Assembly (NCBI GenBank): GCA_965262665.1
Contig: CBDHFR010000003.1
Location: 90,811-154,810 of the forward strand
Length of the DNA: 64,000 bases
Source: Rhodospirillaceae bacterium
Lineage (GTDB): Bacteria > Pseudomonadota > Alphaproteobacteria > Rhodospirillales > Rhodospirillaceae
Reading direction: 5' to 3'
Part shown: one piece after another, positions 39,886 through 49,234 of the stretch
Layout: the number at the start of each line of letters is the position of its first letter
How positions within the stretch are numbered: position 1 is the stretch's first letter
Notes under the pieces: model-generated
Told to the model about the DNA's origin: nothing
Database searches by the model: none
What the model saw: only the letters and a program-made list of their open reading frames with translations
Translations under genes and position numbers: made by a program

Positions 39886-40977
39886 ATGACTCTCAGCAAC
39901 ACCCATGTGGACCGGGGCAAACGGGGCCATACGCCCGAGATGACCACACGGGCCGACCAAAGCTATCTGGAATATCTGACCGAAGCCCGGACGATGATGC
40001 TCAATGAAAAGGGCCAACGGTTCATGAAGCTGGGCTCACAAGTGATGAAAGACCGGGGCATCCCTTTCGAACATAACCATGAGGTGGCTAACCAGATCCG
40101 CGAAACCTTTTCCGATGTGCAAGAACTGGCCGTATTCCTCAGGGTCAAACGATCTTTGCAAGAAGCCTATAAGGAGCGGATCATTAATTCCTATGGGCTG
40201 ATTGAACAGCAATGGCTCAACCGGCTGGACGAAGCCGATAAACAAGGCCCGGGAACGGTTAAATACGATCCCGATTGGAACGTTCCCGACTACGCCTGCC
40301 GAGACATGCACATCCAGCCCGGCGGTTTTGTCGGCTCACCCCTGGCCGGACTCTATTATGATTATAACACCCAGATTTTTTTCTCCGATGATATCGCCGC
40401 CGATGCTATGCACGCCGGCTTTGTCGCCAAGACGCCGCCACCCATGGACGGCAAGGTGGAGCGGTTTATGGAAATCGGTTGCGGCATCGGTCAGATCGCC
40501 TGCGAACTCAAAAAAGTTTACCCCGACGCTGAAGCCTGGGGCACGGATATCGCCGTGCCCATGGTGCGATACTCCCATTGGCGGGCGATGCAGCAAGACC
40601 TGGACATCAATTTCGCTCAGATGCCGGCAGAGGACCTGAATTTCCCCGACGGCCACTTTGATATGGTAGCCGCCCACATTCTCTTCCACGAAATTCCCGT
40701 ACCCGTCATTCGCAAGGTCATCGCTGAGGCGTACCGGATACTGAGGCCGGGCGGAATCTTTGTCATCTGGGATTTTCGCACCGCTTCGGACGACAAGCCG
40801 GGCTACCACAGCGTTCTCGGTTTGGTGGATGCCGCCGACAACGGCGAGCCCTACGCCTTGGGATTCGTCAACTGCGGCGTAGAGGAAATTCTTGAGGAAA
40901 CCGGCTTCACCTTACGCGAAAATTGTGGCGGCGGGATCTTTATGGAAGGGCGTTTTGCCGACAAGCCGAGCGGCTAG
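39886..40977 (+). CDS. SAM-dependent methyltransferase with ~190-aa N-terminal extension
   Basis: It has motif I FMEIGCGIGQ, ..FDMVAAHILFHE.. and ..LRPGGIFVIWDF... It is the intact paralogue of 31852..33010. Confidence 0.75.
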   Translation: MTLSNTHVDRGKRGHTPEMTTRADQSYLEYLTEARTMMLNEKGQRFMKLGSQVMKDRGIPFEHNHEVANQIRETFSDVQELAVFLRVKRSLQEAYKERIINSYGLIEQQWLNRLDEADKQGPGTVKYDPDWNVPDYACRDMHIQPGGFVGSPLAGLYYDYNTQIFFSDDIAADAMHAGFVAKTPPPMDGKVERFMEIGCGIGQIACELKKVYPDAEAWGTDIAVPMVRYSHWRAMQQDLDINFAQMPAEDLNFPDGHFDMVAAHILFHEIPVPVIRKVIAEAYRILRPGGIFVIWDFRTASDDKPGYHSVLGLVDAADNGEPYALGFVNCGVEEILEETGFTLRENCGGGIFMEGRFADKPSG

Positions 40978-40990
40978 GATCCGTTTGCAC

Positions 40991-41706
40991 TTATCGTGCG
41001 ATCCGGTCAAACACCCGCGCCGCGCCCTCACCTTTTAACGGTCGCAAAACGTGTCCGACGTTGGGCAGAACTTCGTAGTACACGCGCTGGCCCATTTGAT
41101 TGAATGCGTTCTCGAGCCGGTCCATGCGGTCTTTCCATGCTGTATCGTTCTCACCCACATACATAGAGATACGCATATCGCGTAAGACCGCAAGATTGCG
41201 CCAGGTTTCGATCTCAGGTGGAAAGCCCGCGTAGACAGTGACGCTGTGAACCGGTCAGGGTGTTGAAGCGCGATATGAAACGCCGATAGTCCGCCGTTGG
41301 AAATGCCGGCGAGATGCACTTTGTCTCCGGCTGGAGAAAACCGGTCAACAATGTGATCCAGCAATTCCGGGATGACCCGTTCTGCACCCTGAAAATACAA
41401 CTGGCCTTGCACGGCTGCCGGGCTGACCACGACCCAGCCCCGCCTGCCCGCCTCTTCGGACCAATAGTCGTTCACACCTTGCGAAACCGCTGACTTAGTT
41501 TGGGGCCCCGGGGGCAAGGCCAGCAGTACTGGCGCCTGCGAGCCTATTACGTATTCGGGCGGTACGGTGACCATGAATTCAACAATCGAGCCGTCTTGTG
41601 TAGTCAAAGACTCGAAGTCTTGTGCATGGACTTTGAATTGGCTAGTCCATAAGACTGCGCACACCAAAGAGAAAACTTTCATCTGATTATTCATCAACGG
41701 TGTCAT
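40991..41706 (-). pseudogene. Secreted serine esterase (alpha/beta fold), frameshifted
   Basis: It has a signal peptide and the GISNGG nucleophile elbow. The frames join as ..HPDRF.ASVTVYAGFPPEIETWRNLAVLRDMRISMYVGEND.. after a 1-nt shift near 41255. Confidence 0.65.
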
Positions 41707-41828
41707 TAGCCCTTAGCGTCGTGAACATTCGTTTGTTGTTAAGTTGCTTTGCGAATCAAAGTGATTTTGAAAGGCTCAAGCTCCACATTTCCGCATAATC
41801 CTCTGGCCCAAGCAACAGACACTTTATC

Positions 41829-42167
41829 TTGACCGTGACTGACACAACCGAACAGACAAGTCCGATCATTGAAGACCTCAAAAATGAGTTCATGTTGGCA
41901 AATACCTTCGCTAAGTTGGAGTCGCCCCTCCTTGAGCTAAACCGTTTGTTATTGGATAGGACTGATAAGAATAAAGAATATCCAGACGCACTTTCGTTAT
42001 TGGTGGACAAAGTCAGAACTCTGACACTTTCGCGCAATGGTGGACCGCTGTTAGTCGAACTGTTGTTGATTGCGCCCATTGCAGCCCGTTTGAATTACCA
42101 AATTCCATCCCAACAGACTTGGAAAGGCATATCAGAGTCTTTGCTTCAGCCACTAACTCTCAACTGA
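41829..42167 (+). CDS. Hypothetical ORF in an AT-rich patch, possibly a fragment
   Basis: 112 aa with a non-ATG start. It ends at the IS630 boundary. No motif was recognised. Confidence 0.2.
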   Translation: MTVTDTTEQTSPIIEDLKNEFMLANTFAKLESPLLELNRLLLDRTDKNKEYPDALSLLVDKVRTLTLSRNGGPLLVELLLIAPIAARLNYQIPSQQTWKGISESLLQPLTLN

Positions 42168-42174
42168 GCGATAC

Positions 42175-43322
42175 TCTATTGACGACATGTTATACCAACG
42201 GTCATTGAATTTGACCTTCGTGTGCCCATTTGCGCATACCAATCGACATGATTTTCGAGGGCTTGTCGATGAGCTTGTTCCAGGCGTGGCATGCCGCATC
42301 GACGATGTCTTCGTAACTGTCGAAGACGCGGTGCGACAGGTAGGTCTGGCGCAGGTACTGCCAGATGTTTTCGGCCGGGTTCAGCTCCGGCGATCTGGGC
42401 GGCAGGAACAGCGGCGTGATGTTGTCGGGGAACTCCAATTCGGTGGTGGTGTGCCAGCCGGCGCGGTCCATGAGGAGGACGGCGTGTGAGCCGTCGGCGA
42501 CGGTGCGGCTAATCTCTTCGAGATGGGCCGGCATGGCATGGGTGTCGGCGAACGGCATCGCCACGGCCGCACCGGTACCGCGCGCCAGGCAGACGGCGCC
42601 GAACAGATAGGCGCTCTGGTAGCGCTGGTCCTTGGGCTGACGCGGACGGCTGCCGGTGCGCGCCCACTGCCGGACGATGCCGTTCTTCTGGCCAAGGCGC
42701 ATCTCGTCTTGCCACCACAGCTCGACCGGCGTTGCGGGCGGCAGGTGGGCTACCGCCGCGGCGAGCGCCCGGGGGAAGTTTCTTTAAACGTCTCCAGCAT
42801 TGCCGCATCTTGGCCCGGATGGCGCACCCGGGCGTTCATGTGCGAGAAGCCGAGATCGTGCAGCAGGCGCGAGACCGAGCGCTCGTGATACTCCACCCCG
42901 AAGCGGTCCCGGATAACCTCCTTGAGGTCGAGCCGGCGCCAGCGTACGACGCCGTCGCTGTCCGGGTCCGGCCCCGCCTCGACGATCTCCGCCAACGCCA
43001 CCCTCTCCACCGCCGTCAGCTGCGGAACCGCGCCGGGAGATTTGTGGTCGTGCAGGCCCTCGGGGCCTGCCTGATTGAACCGGTACACCCAGTCGCGCAG
43101 GCTCTGGCGGTCCATGCCGCCAACCGCCGCCGCATCCCTACGGTTCATGCCATCATAAACCGCCGCAATCGCCAGAAGGCGGCGCACCTGATTGGGATCT
43201 GTCGCTTTGCGCGTCAAGGCCCGCGCTTGGACCGCGTCATAGTCCGTTCGCAACGGGATCTTCGCCACCTTGTCGCAAGCATCAAATGGGATGGGCGGCA
43301 ACGCCGTCAGCGTCTCGAGATC
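42175..43322 (-). mobile_element. IS630-family element (orfA/orfB in two frames)
   Basis: ORFs 42750..43301 (HTH part) and 42202..42702 (DDE part, ..LLMDRAGWH...LPPRSPELNPAENIW..). The ends are approximate. Confidence 0.8.
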
Positions 43323-43544
43323 TTACTCAAGCCGTTCACCGATGGTTTTGGCATGGCCGCGTAGAACCTCGCCTTGCCGTTTGCGGCATTGCTCTTCCAG
43401 GTATGCATTGAAGGCCTCCCAGTTCGCGAAACAGGGAAGCGGCGTCATGAAGTTCCGCCGGGCATAGCCAACAACACCCTCCACATTGCCCTTGTCGTTG
43501 CCCTTAGCCCTGAACCCTTTCACAGACCTGTTCATGTCCCCCAA
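43323..43544 (-). pseudogene. IS21 IstA fragment (post-DDE region)
   Basis: ..GNDKGNVEGVVGYARRNFMTPLP.F.NWEAFNAYLEEQC... It is cut on one side by the IS630 insertion. Confidence 0.6.
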
Positions 43545-43588
43545 ACCGGCTGTCCAGGACGCCCTTTGTAGGCTCCGATAATGGGGAG

Positions 43589-44695
43589 TTATCGGAGGTT
43601 AGAAACGTATACATTACGCCGCGCCTCATTGAGTATCGGGAGGTCTGAGCGGAGCAATACCATCACCTCCGCTACCTTGGTCGGTTCCAGGTCAAAACAT
43701 TCCAGGTCAGAAATTTGCCTAAGGTCATCACCCACCTTCCACCGCAGCCGCTCGCTCACCATTCCGCCCTCTACGCGAAAGAGGATCAGACCTAGAAACT
43801 TGCGTCGCTGTCCCTTTGGGAGATGAGCGTTTACCCAACGGGCCGTGTCGCAATCCGTTGTCAAGAACCGCTCCATGGCCCGGTTACCCTCCCGGACGTA
43901 CATGTCGAAGGCCCAGCAGGGGACACCGCCGATCAGCTCCTCGGCGGGGATGTCATCCGGCCCGGTTCCATGGGGCACGTTTTGGAGTTCCCGCCAAAGC
44001 AGAACAACGAAAGGACAGAGAACCTCACTGCACTTGCGAAAGCCTTCTCGGGCGACCTCGACAATGGCGTCAGGCAAACCCGCCTCCCAGAGAAAGTCGA
44101 AAGCGGCTTGTGGTTCTCCCCGTCTTTTATGCAGATTAACTGACGAATAGCGCTGGGTGCCAACGGCATACCAAAGGGCCAAGGCCCGGGTGAGAAGGTC
44201 GTCTTCACCGACTGCGCATTTTAGTAGACACAAAGTCGGCCTAAAGGACAGGTCAAGCCGGGCTTCTTTGTACTTGGGGCAACTTTCGACAATAACCAGC
44301 AGATCATCAGCTGATCTGCATTTGATGGTCCGCGCCAGGCGGCTTACGAGATAGCTCGCCACCGGCCATTCACCTCCGACATGCGACCGCCATGTCTTAC
44401 CCTTCAGGGCACTTGTGACAAGAAAAACGGATTCTAAGTCCGCAACCCCGATATCCTCATAGGCGGTCACACATAGTCGCCGCCACAGCCGCGCGGGAGA
44501 GATTTGGAGCAGGGTCGCAGCAGCACTCAGTGCCAGGTCCTCTCGCCCACGGCGGATAGCCTTTTGCATCAAGCTCATAGCTAACCATGGCGTGATATTC
44601 AGGGGCTTACATTCGGGTAGGTCCGCCGCGTGATCCTGGACCAGGTCGGCGAGTTGGGTTCGGCAATGTTCGAGAGTTTGGTCTTTGTTCACCAT
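43589..44695 (-). CDS. Protein with an MgsA/WRNIP C-terminal-like helical domain and no ATPase domain
   Basis: The likely start MVNKDQ (ATG 44695) follows AGGAGG. The segment AMSLMQKAIRRGREDLALSAAATLL...LWRRLCVTAYEDIGVADL resembles the MgsA_C segment (..KS.RGSD.DAALYWLARML...RRL...ASEDIG.AD). Confidence 0.5.
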   Translation of the reverse strand: MVNKDQTLEHCRTQLADLVQDHAADLPECKPLNITPWLAMSLMQKAIRRGREDLALSAAATLLQISPARLWRRLCVTAYEDIGVADLESVFLVTSALKGKTWRSHVGGEWPVASYLVSRLARTIKCRSADDLLVIVESCPKYKEARLDLSFRPTLCLLKCAVGEDDLLTRALALWYAVGTQRYSSVNLHKRRGEPQAAFDFLWEAGLPDAIVEVAREGFRKCSEVLCPFVVLLWRELQNVPHGTGPDDIPAEELIGGVPCWAFDMYVREGNRAMERFLTTDCDTARWVNAHLPKGQRRKFLGLILFRVEGGMVSERLRWKVGDDLRQISDLECFDLEPTKVAEVMVLLRSDLPILNEARRNVYVSNLR

Positions 44696-44790
44696 GTCCT
44701 CCTCCTTGAGTTTTCCAAGGGGGAGGACGTGAGACTTCAGTCCCACTATTGACGTTAATCTTGTGACTGCAAATGTAAAGAAAGATTACG
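44645..44790. repeat. ~145-bp direct repeat, copy A (5' end plus upstream region of gene 43589..44695)
   Basis: About 88% identical by eye to 46247-46392. The shared core is GACGTGAGACTTCAGTCCCACTATTGACGTTAAT. Confidence 0.75.
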
Positions 44791-44917
44791 ATTCGTATGG
44801 GTTGACTAAATTTCAAAAAAGGCGGCAAAGGATGCTTTGCCTAACTACAGCAGTTCCTTTTCAAGCACTCTTACACTATTCGAGCAGCACAAATCCCAAA
44901 CGGAGTACAGACGTTTT

Positions 44918-44955
44918 ATACTCAAATCAACCGGATGAGGTTTTCGAAAGGGACA
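44918..44955 (+). repeat. Orphan IS481-like right terminus
   Basis: ACTCAAATCAACCGGATGAGGTTTTCGAAAGGGACA reads like the IRR of the 4533-5624 element. Confidence 0.5.
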
Positions 44956-45197
44956 GCGCGCTGTCATGGGGCAAAACTTGGAGACAAGGTCAGATTCATT
45001 CTGGTGCAGCGGCAAATGGGCTGGTTGCAACGCCGGTTAAGTCGGGGCTTGAATGCTGGTATCGGCTATGAGGCCTGGGCAGGCGAATTGATCTCAGCCC
45101 TGGAAGAACGCGCTTTGTGGTTCAGCTTCGGTCTTTAACCAAGGCCACTCGTTGCCAATCTCTCTTATAGCTTCCGTTTAATCTGCCGGGACGATCC

Positions 45198-45235
45198 ACA
45201 CTCAAATCAACCGGATAAGGTAAACAGAAGGTACA
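45198..45235 (+). repeat. Orphan IS481-like right terminus
   Basis: ACTCAAATCAACCGGATAAGGTAAACAGAAGGTACA keeps the ..GGTAAAC.. stop-in-IR arrangement of the intact copy. Confidence 0.5.
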
Positions 45236-45278
45236 GGTCTCGCGGATGTCATAGTGCCCGTGATTTCATAGCGCCCGT

Positions 45279-45728
45279 TCATCCGAGGCCCTTCTTGTCC
45301 GGGTGAGTTTGAAGATAGCGATTGATTAGGGCGCTGCCGTGAGCTTGGTCCGTCATGACAAAGCCTTTCTCTTCCAGCAACTTCTCCACCGCTTGGTTGT
45401 ACGCTAAATGTTTGTCGCGCACCTCTTCCCGCTCCGCCACGGTGGCGCCCTGCGATGTGACGTAGCCCCCTGCCATGGCCGGCAGATTTTCCTCCCCGCC
45501 GTCGGCGTACAATCGCACATGGCGGTCGCTGGTCATGCGGTGCATGGCATAGTAGTCGAGGCGCTCCCGGCCATCCTCAGGGTCGATGTCGAGGCGTGTC
45601 CAGATACTCCATCCCCGTTGAGCGATGAGCCAGATCACGCCGGGCGACAAGGCGTCGACCGGCAGCTCTATCCCCCAGTGTGCAAAGGTGCGGTTAAACC
45701 GCTGTCGTAGCTGCTCCAGGCCGTCCAT
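45279..45728 (-). CDS. Hypothetical protein
   Basis: 149-aa ORF with GC-rich codon usage. No motif was recognised. Confidence 0.45.
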   Translation of the reverse strand: MDGLEQLRQRFNRTFAHWGIELPVDALSPGVIWLIAQRGWSIWTRLDIDPEDGRERLDYYAMHRMTSDRHVRLYADGGEENLPAMAGGYVTSQGATVAEREEVRDKHLAYNQAVEKLLEEKGFVMTDQAHGSALINRYLQTHPDKKGLG

Positions 45729-45827
45729 ACCACTCCTCTGTCCCTTTCGAAAACTTCATCTACACCTGGAAGGTTTGCATCATGAAGGTCGACGGATAAG
45801 GTCTTCGGCAAGGACAGACAGATGTCA

Positions 45828-46061
45828 TCATCTCGGGTAAAGTCTGCCGTGACCTTCATCCTTAAAACACCTTGAACACAATAGACGGCGCTTAAGGGTA
45901 GGTTGAAATTTTTTTCTACACCTTGCGCATGGCCTTCCCGGTCTTCCATTTAGGACGGGATCCAACGTCGGCGGTATCATAGGCCCATCGTCGACTGCAT
46001 GTCGTTGCTCATCGCCTGCGGCCATTATTAAGTTCTTGTGCTTAAGCATCGACTTTTTCAT
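45828..46061 (-). CDS. Small hypothetical protein with a CxxC...CxxC pair
   Basis: 77 aa. CARCRKKFQPTLKRRLLCSRC suggests a zinc ribbon. Support is weak. Confidence 0.25.
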   Translation of the reverse strand: MKKSMLKHKNLIMAAGDEQRHAVDDGPMIPPTLDPVLNGRPGRPCARCRKKFQPTLKRRLLCSRCFKDEGHGRLYPR

Positions 46062-46246
46062 TTATTCTCAACACCATTGTCAGACTAAAATCGTATGGTG
46101 GAATTTTCCCATTAATGAGCCAACTTCGTCGTCAGTGCTTGTCCCGTCTAAGCCAAACAAAACCGTTCTTTGCGCCCTGGGATCCCTAAAAGAGGACGGG
46201 GAAAGGCGACCATACAAAATTAATCTGACAATGCCGATCAGCGAGT

Positions 46247-46392
46247 TGAGCTCGGTAATGTTCGAGAATTTGGTCTTTGTTCAGCATGTCCTTCTCCTTG
46301 AGGTTTGCAAGGGGGGAGGACGTGAGACTTCAGTCCCACTATTGACGTTAATCCGGTGTCTGCAAATGTAAAGAGAGATTAGGACGGGTCGG
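46247..46392. repeat. ~145-bp direct repeat, copy B (orphaned promoter plus first ~17 codons)
   Basis: On the minus strand it encodes MLNKDQILEHYRAQLAD, compared with MVNKDQTLEHCRTQLAD in copy A. Homology then ends. Confidence 0.75.
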
Positions 46393-46620
46393 TGTTATTT
46401 TAGAATTTCAAAATAGCTTGGCCACGTTTCGTTGAATAGACGAAACACTCCTACAAGAACTACACTTCCGGACGAGAAAGCATAGTTTTGCATGATTGAA
46501 AAAGCCGACCAAAAACCATTCCCACCAGGTTGGTGTGATGACGATCTCAGCAACTACTTGGAAATAGCTCACCAAAATCGATTCGGTACCTTTGTAAATA
46601 AACCCAAATAGTTTGAGCTC

Positions 46621-47232
46621 TTGAGACGTGTAGACGGTTGCTTCGTGACAGTTTCCGAAGAGTGGAATAACCCTGATCACATGATCACGCCATTGCTATT
46701 TATACGGTGTCATAGTGCCTATAGAGCGGCGTGCGAGAATTCAACAGCTGGCCAAATCGCAGACGTCTTTCCTCATATAAGAGTGTGTTTGGAGTACGCC
46801 GGGTGGGCTCTTCACATGTACAAGAATACTGACTTAGCCGAATTGTGGATTAAGCGGCATGACAATGATCAAACTCTTAGACGGGAGAAAGGTGAGTTCA
46901 ATCCTTCCACAATTAGAGATACTCTGCACAAGACAAACAAGCACGCAGCTAAGAAATTCGACACACTTTACAAACAGGCCATTGATTTTGGTGGTCATCC
47001 AAATGAACGATCTGTAACAGGCAGCCTTGATATGGTTGATTCAAGTGGAGAAAGAATTTTTAAGCAGCTCTTGTTTCATGACGATGACGAGAGCCTTGGC
47101 TTTGCGATGGGTGCTACCTTTGAGTCTGGCATGTGCGCGTTGGAAATATTCCAAGACGTTTTTTCGGCAAGATTTGAGTTGAAGGGAGTGCGCTCCGAGT
47201 TGTTGGAGCTTAAGAGGGAATTTAAGATTTAA
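46621..47232 (+). CDS. Hypothetical helical protein (orphan)
   Basis: 203 aa from TTG, or 183 aa from ATG 46681. It lies in an AT-richer region. No catalytic motif was recognised. Confidence 0.5.
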   Translation: MRRVDGCFVTVSEEWNNPDHMITPLLFIRCHSAYRAACENSTAGQIADVFPHIRVCLEYAGWALHMYKNTDLAELWIKRHDNDQTLRREKGEFNPSTIRDTLHKTNKHAAKKFDTLYKQAIDFGGHPNERSVTGSLDMVDSSGERIFKQLLFHDDDESLGFAMGATFESGMCALEIFQDVFSARFELKGVRSELLELKREFKI

Positions 47233-47439
47233 TCGCCATCAAAAAATCTGTACCCTACGTTAGGCTCTCGCACCTAAATTAAATTGGTGTCAACAAACTA
47301 GACTATTGGCGTACCAAAATTTATCTTCGAATTAGGACATATCGTTGATCAGTAAGCTAAAGCATTCACTTTGTTTGAATCCGAAGACACACCGGACACT
47401 CCCGCAACTTGGATGTTTTCCACTAATTGATGTTGTCTT

Positions 47440-48453
47440 TCAGTAACCACCGAATCGATCTTGGGCACGGAACAAATAGGAATACGTTCCCTCCTCAATC
47501 AGGCTATGGCTCTGATACCCTAAGGCGCTGCCAGCAAGGGCAAGTGTGGACGCGACCGGTCCAGTCACAGCAGAAACGGCTGATCCTGCGAGTGTCAATG
47601 CAAACGAAGATGGTTTCTTCCACGCCCCGCGGGCTTGGCGGCGAAGATCACTAGCGAGGTCATTTAACTCCAATTGTCGGATTTCAAGAGTAATCTCCTG
47701 CTCCTTCTCGGGCATACGTGAAAGCTCCATCACAAATTTGCGCACCGACAACATGTATTTCTTGTGTGCTTGTAGGTTTTGTTGACGGAAGTCTAGAACT
47801 TCATCCAGCGGTGCCGCCCGAAGATCGACCGTCACCGTATTGAGGTCAAATTCAATTACGTTTCCTTCCGAAGGAGCACTTTTTAACGATAAAAACTCCG
47901 ATAGCGCTTTTACCATATTTCCAAGATCGGTCGCAGGACTTAGATTAGCGCCAATGGTACTGCCGTAAGGGCGCAGGACCTGCGACAAGAGAACAAGGAC
48001 TAGCGTTCGCACCTTGGGATGCATCGGGATAGAAACATTATCTTTACTTTCTTCGGCCAAACCCCGCTTTTTGAGCTCATCGAAGATCATATTGTAAAGA
48101 CTCTCATCACCGTAGTGCCCAAGTCGTGACATCGATAATTCATGAAATGCTGTTTGCTCGTTCGCGAGTTCGTCCAAGACTCCAGAGGCAATAATGTCGG
48201 TCATGGCCATCGCCAGTTTTTCTGTTGCTGATTTTTCAACGGCCACCTCTGGCTCTATAACTTCCAGCAAACCTTCCTGCTTTAGCCCGACCACTATGGG
48301 CCCGTCGATCTCCTCCAGCTGCTCTTTCATGTAACGCGGCACCAATAGGGCGATACCATCGAAAAAAAGAACAAGATTCTTTATCCAATCTCTATTGGAC
48401 CAAATTGGATTTGGATAATAAAACGCGAGTTCACGAGTTTCTGTGTTATTCAT
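47440..48453 (-). CDS. Hypothetical protein (orphan) with a Gly/Ala/Ser-rich hydrophobic C-terminal segment
   Basis: 337 aa, an uninterrupted ORF in AT-richer DNA. The C-terminal segment is SSFALTLAGSAVSAVTGPVASTLALAGSALG. No family was recognised. Confidence 0.55.
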   Translation of the reverse strand: MNNTETRELAFYYPNPIWSNRDWIKNLVLFFDGIALLVPRYMKEQLEEIDGPIVVGLKQEGLLEVIEPEVAVEKSATEKLAMAMTDIIASGVLDELANEQTAFHELSMSRLGHYGDESLYNMIFDELKKRGLAEESKDNVSIPMHPKVRTLVLVLLSQVLRPYGSTIGANLSPATDLGNMVKALSEFLSLKSAPSEGNVIEFDLNTVTVDLRAAPLDEVLDFRQQNLQAHKKYMLSVRKFVMELSRMPEKEQEITLEIRQLELNDLASDLRRQARGAWKKPSSFALTLAGSAVSAVTGPVASTLALAGSALGYQSHSLIEEGTYSYLFRAQDRFGGY

Positions 48454-48556
48454 TCCATGTCCTATCTACCTAAAATCACACAACACCTGCCTAGCGTATT
48501 GAGTTGGGTATCCTCCGCCTGTCAATCCTGCACTTTCAAACCTGTGACCTCTTACA

Positions 48557-49234
48557 TCACGCCGCCTCGGCAATACACTCAGGCGTGTCGTTCTTCACGC
48601 TATTCACCGCTTTGCTCACCGCACGCACCGTCAGATCATTGCCGTCATAGGGCCTGAGAAGAGCCAAGGCGTCATATGAGACCGTGTTGCCGGATATCCA
48701 CAGGTCATAGTCCCTCTCCGCAAGGATGACAGGCATGCGGTTGTGGTAGGGCTTGACCACCCCATTGGCCTCGGTTGTCACAATGGCGCAGGAGGTCACG
48801 TCCAGTTGGCCGTTGTGCTCCCATATCCCGGCAAAGCTGAACGGGCGTTTATCTTCCATATGAAACCAGTGAGGCTGCTTTGACCCGTCGGACATCATCT
48901 TCCATTCGTAAAACCCGTCCGCCGGGATGAGGCAGCGGTGTTTATTCGCTGCGGTCTTGAACGAGGCCTTTTCCGTGATGGTCTCGGCCCGGGCATTGAT
49001 CATCTTATAAGCGATCTTCTCATCCTTGGCCCAGGGCGGCACTAGGCCCCAGTGGGCGATTGTCATCTCCGGCTCTCCGTCCGGCTGACGCAGGATGGGG
49101 ATATCTTGTGTTGGGGCCACGTTGTAGCGGGGCTTGAAGTGCTCACGCTTGAAATCAGTCTCACGTTCCACAGTCAGGCGGTAAAGCTCATAGATCTCGC
49201 GCCAGGACATTGTCCGTGTGAAGCGCCCGCACAT
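48557..49234 (-). CDS. SOS-response-associated peptidase (SRAP/YedK family, abasic-site crosslinking)
   Basis: It has the N-terminal MCGRF (Cys2 nucleophile), ..YNVAPTQ.., ..HWGLVPPWAK.. and ..NARAETI... Confidence 0.85.
   Translation of the reverse strand: MCGRFTRTMSWREIYELYRLTVERETDFKREHFKPRYNVAPTQDIPILRQPDGEPEMTIAHWGLVPPWAKDEKIAYKMINARAETITEKASFKTAANKHRCLIPADGFYEWKMMSDGSKQPHWFHMEDKRPFSFAGIWEHNGQLDVTSCAIVTTEANGVVKPYHNRMPVILAERDYDLWISGNTVSYDALALLRPYDGNDLTVRAVSKAVNSVKNDTPECIAEAA

Noticed and set aside
46408-46680. A 90-aa minus-strand ORF and a 70-aa ORF at 54628..54840 as real small genes.
   Set aside because: Neither has a recognisable RBS or motif. The first abuts or overlaps the start region of 46621..47232. 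The second lies in the iteron/regulatory region. Neither is supportable from sequence alone.
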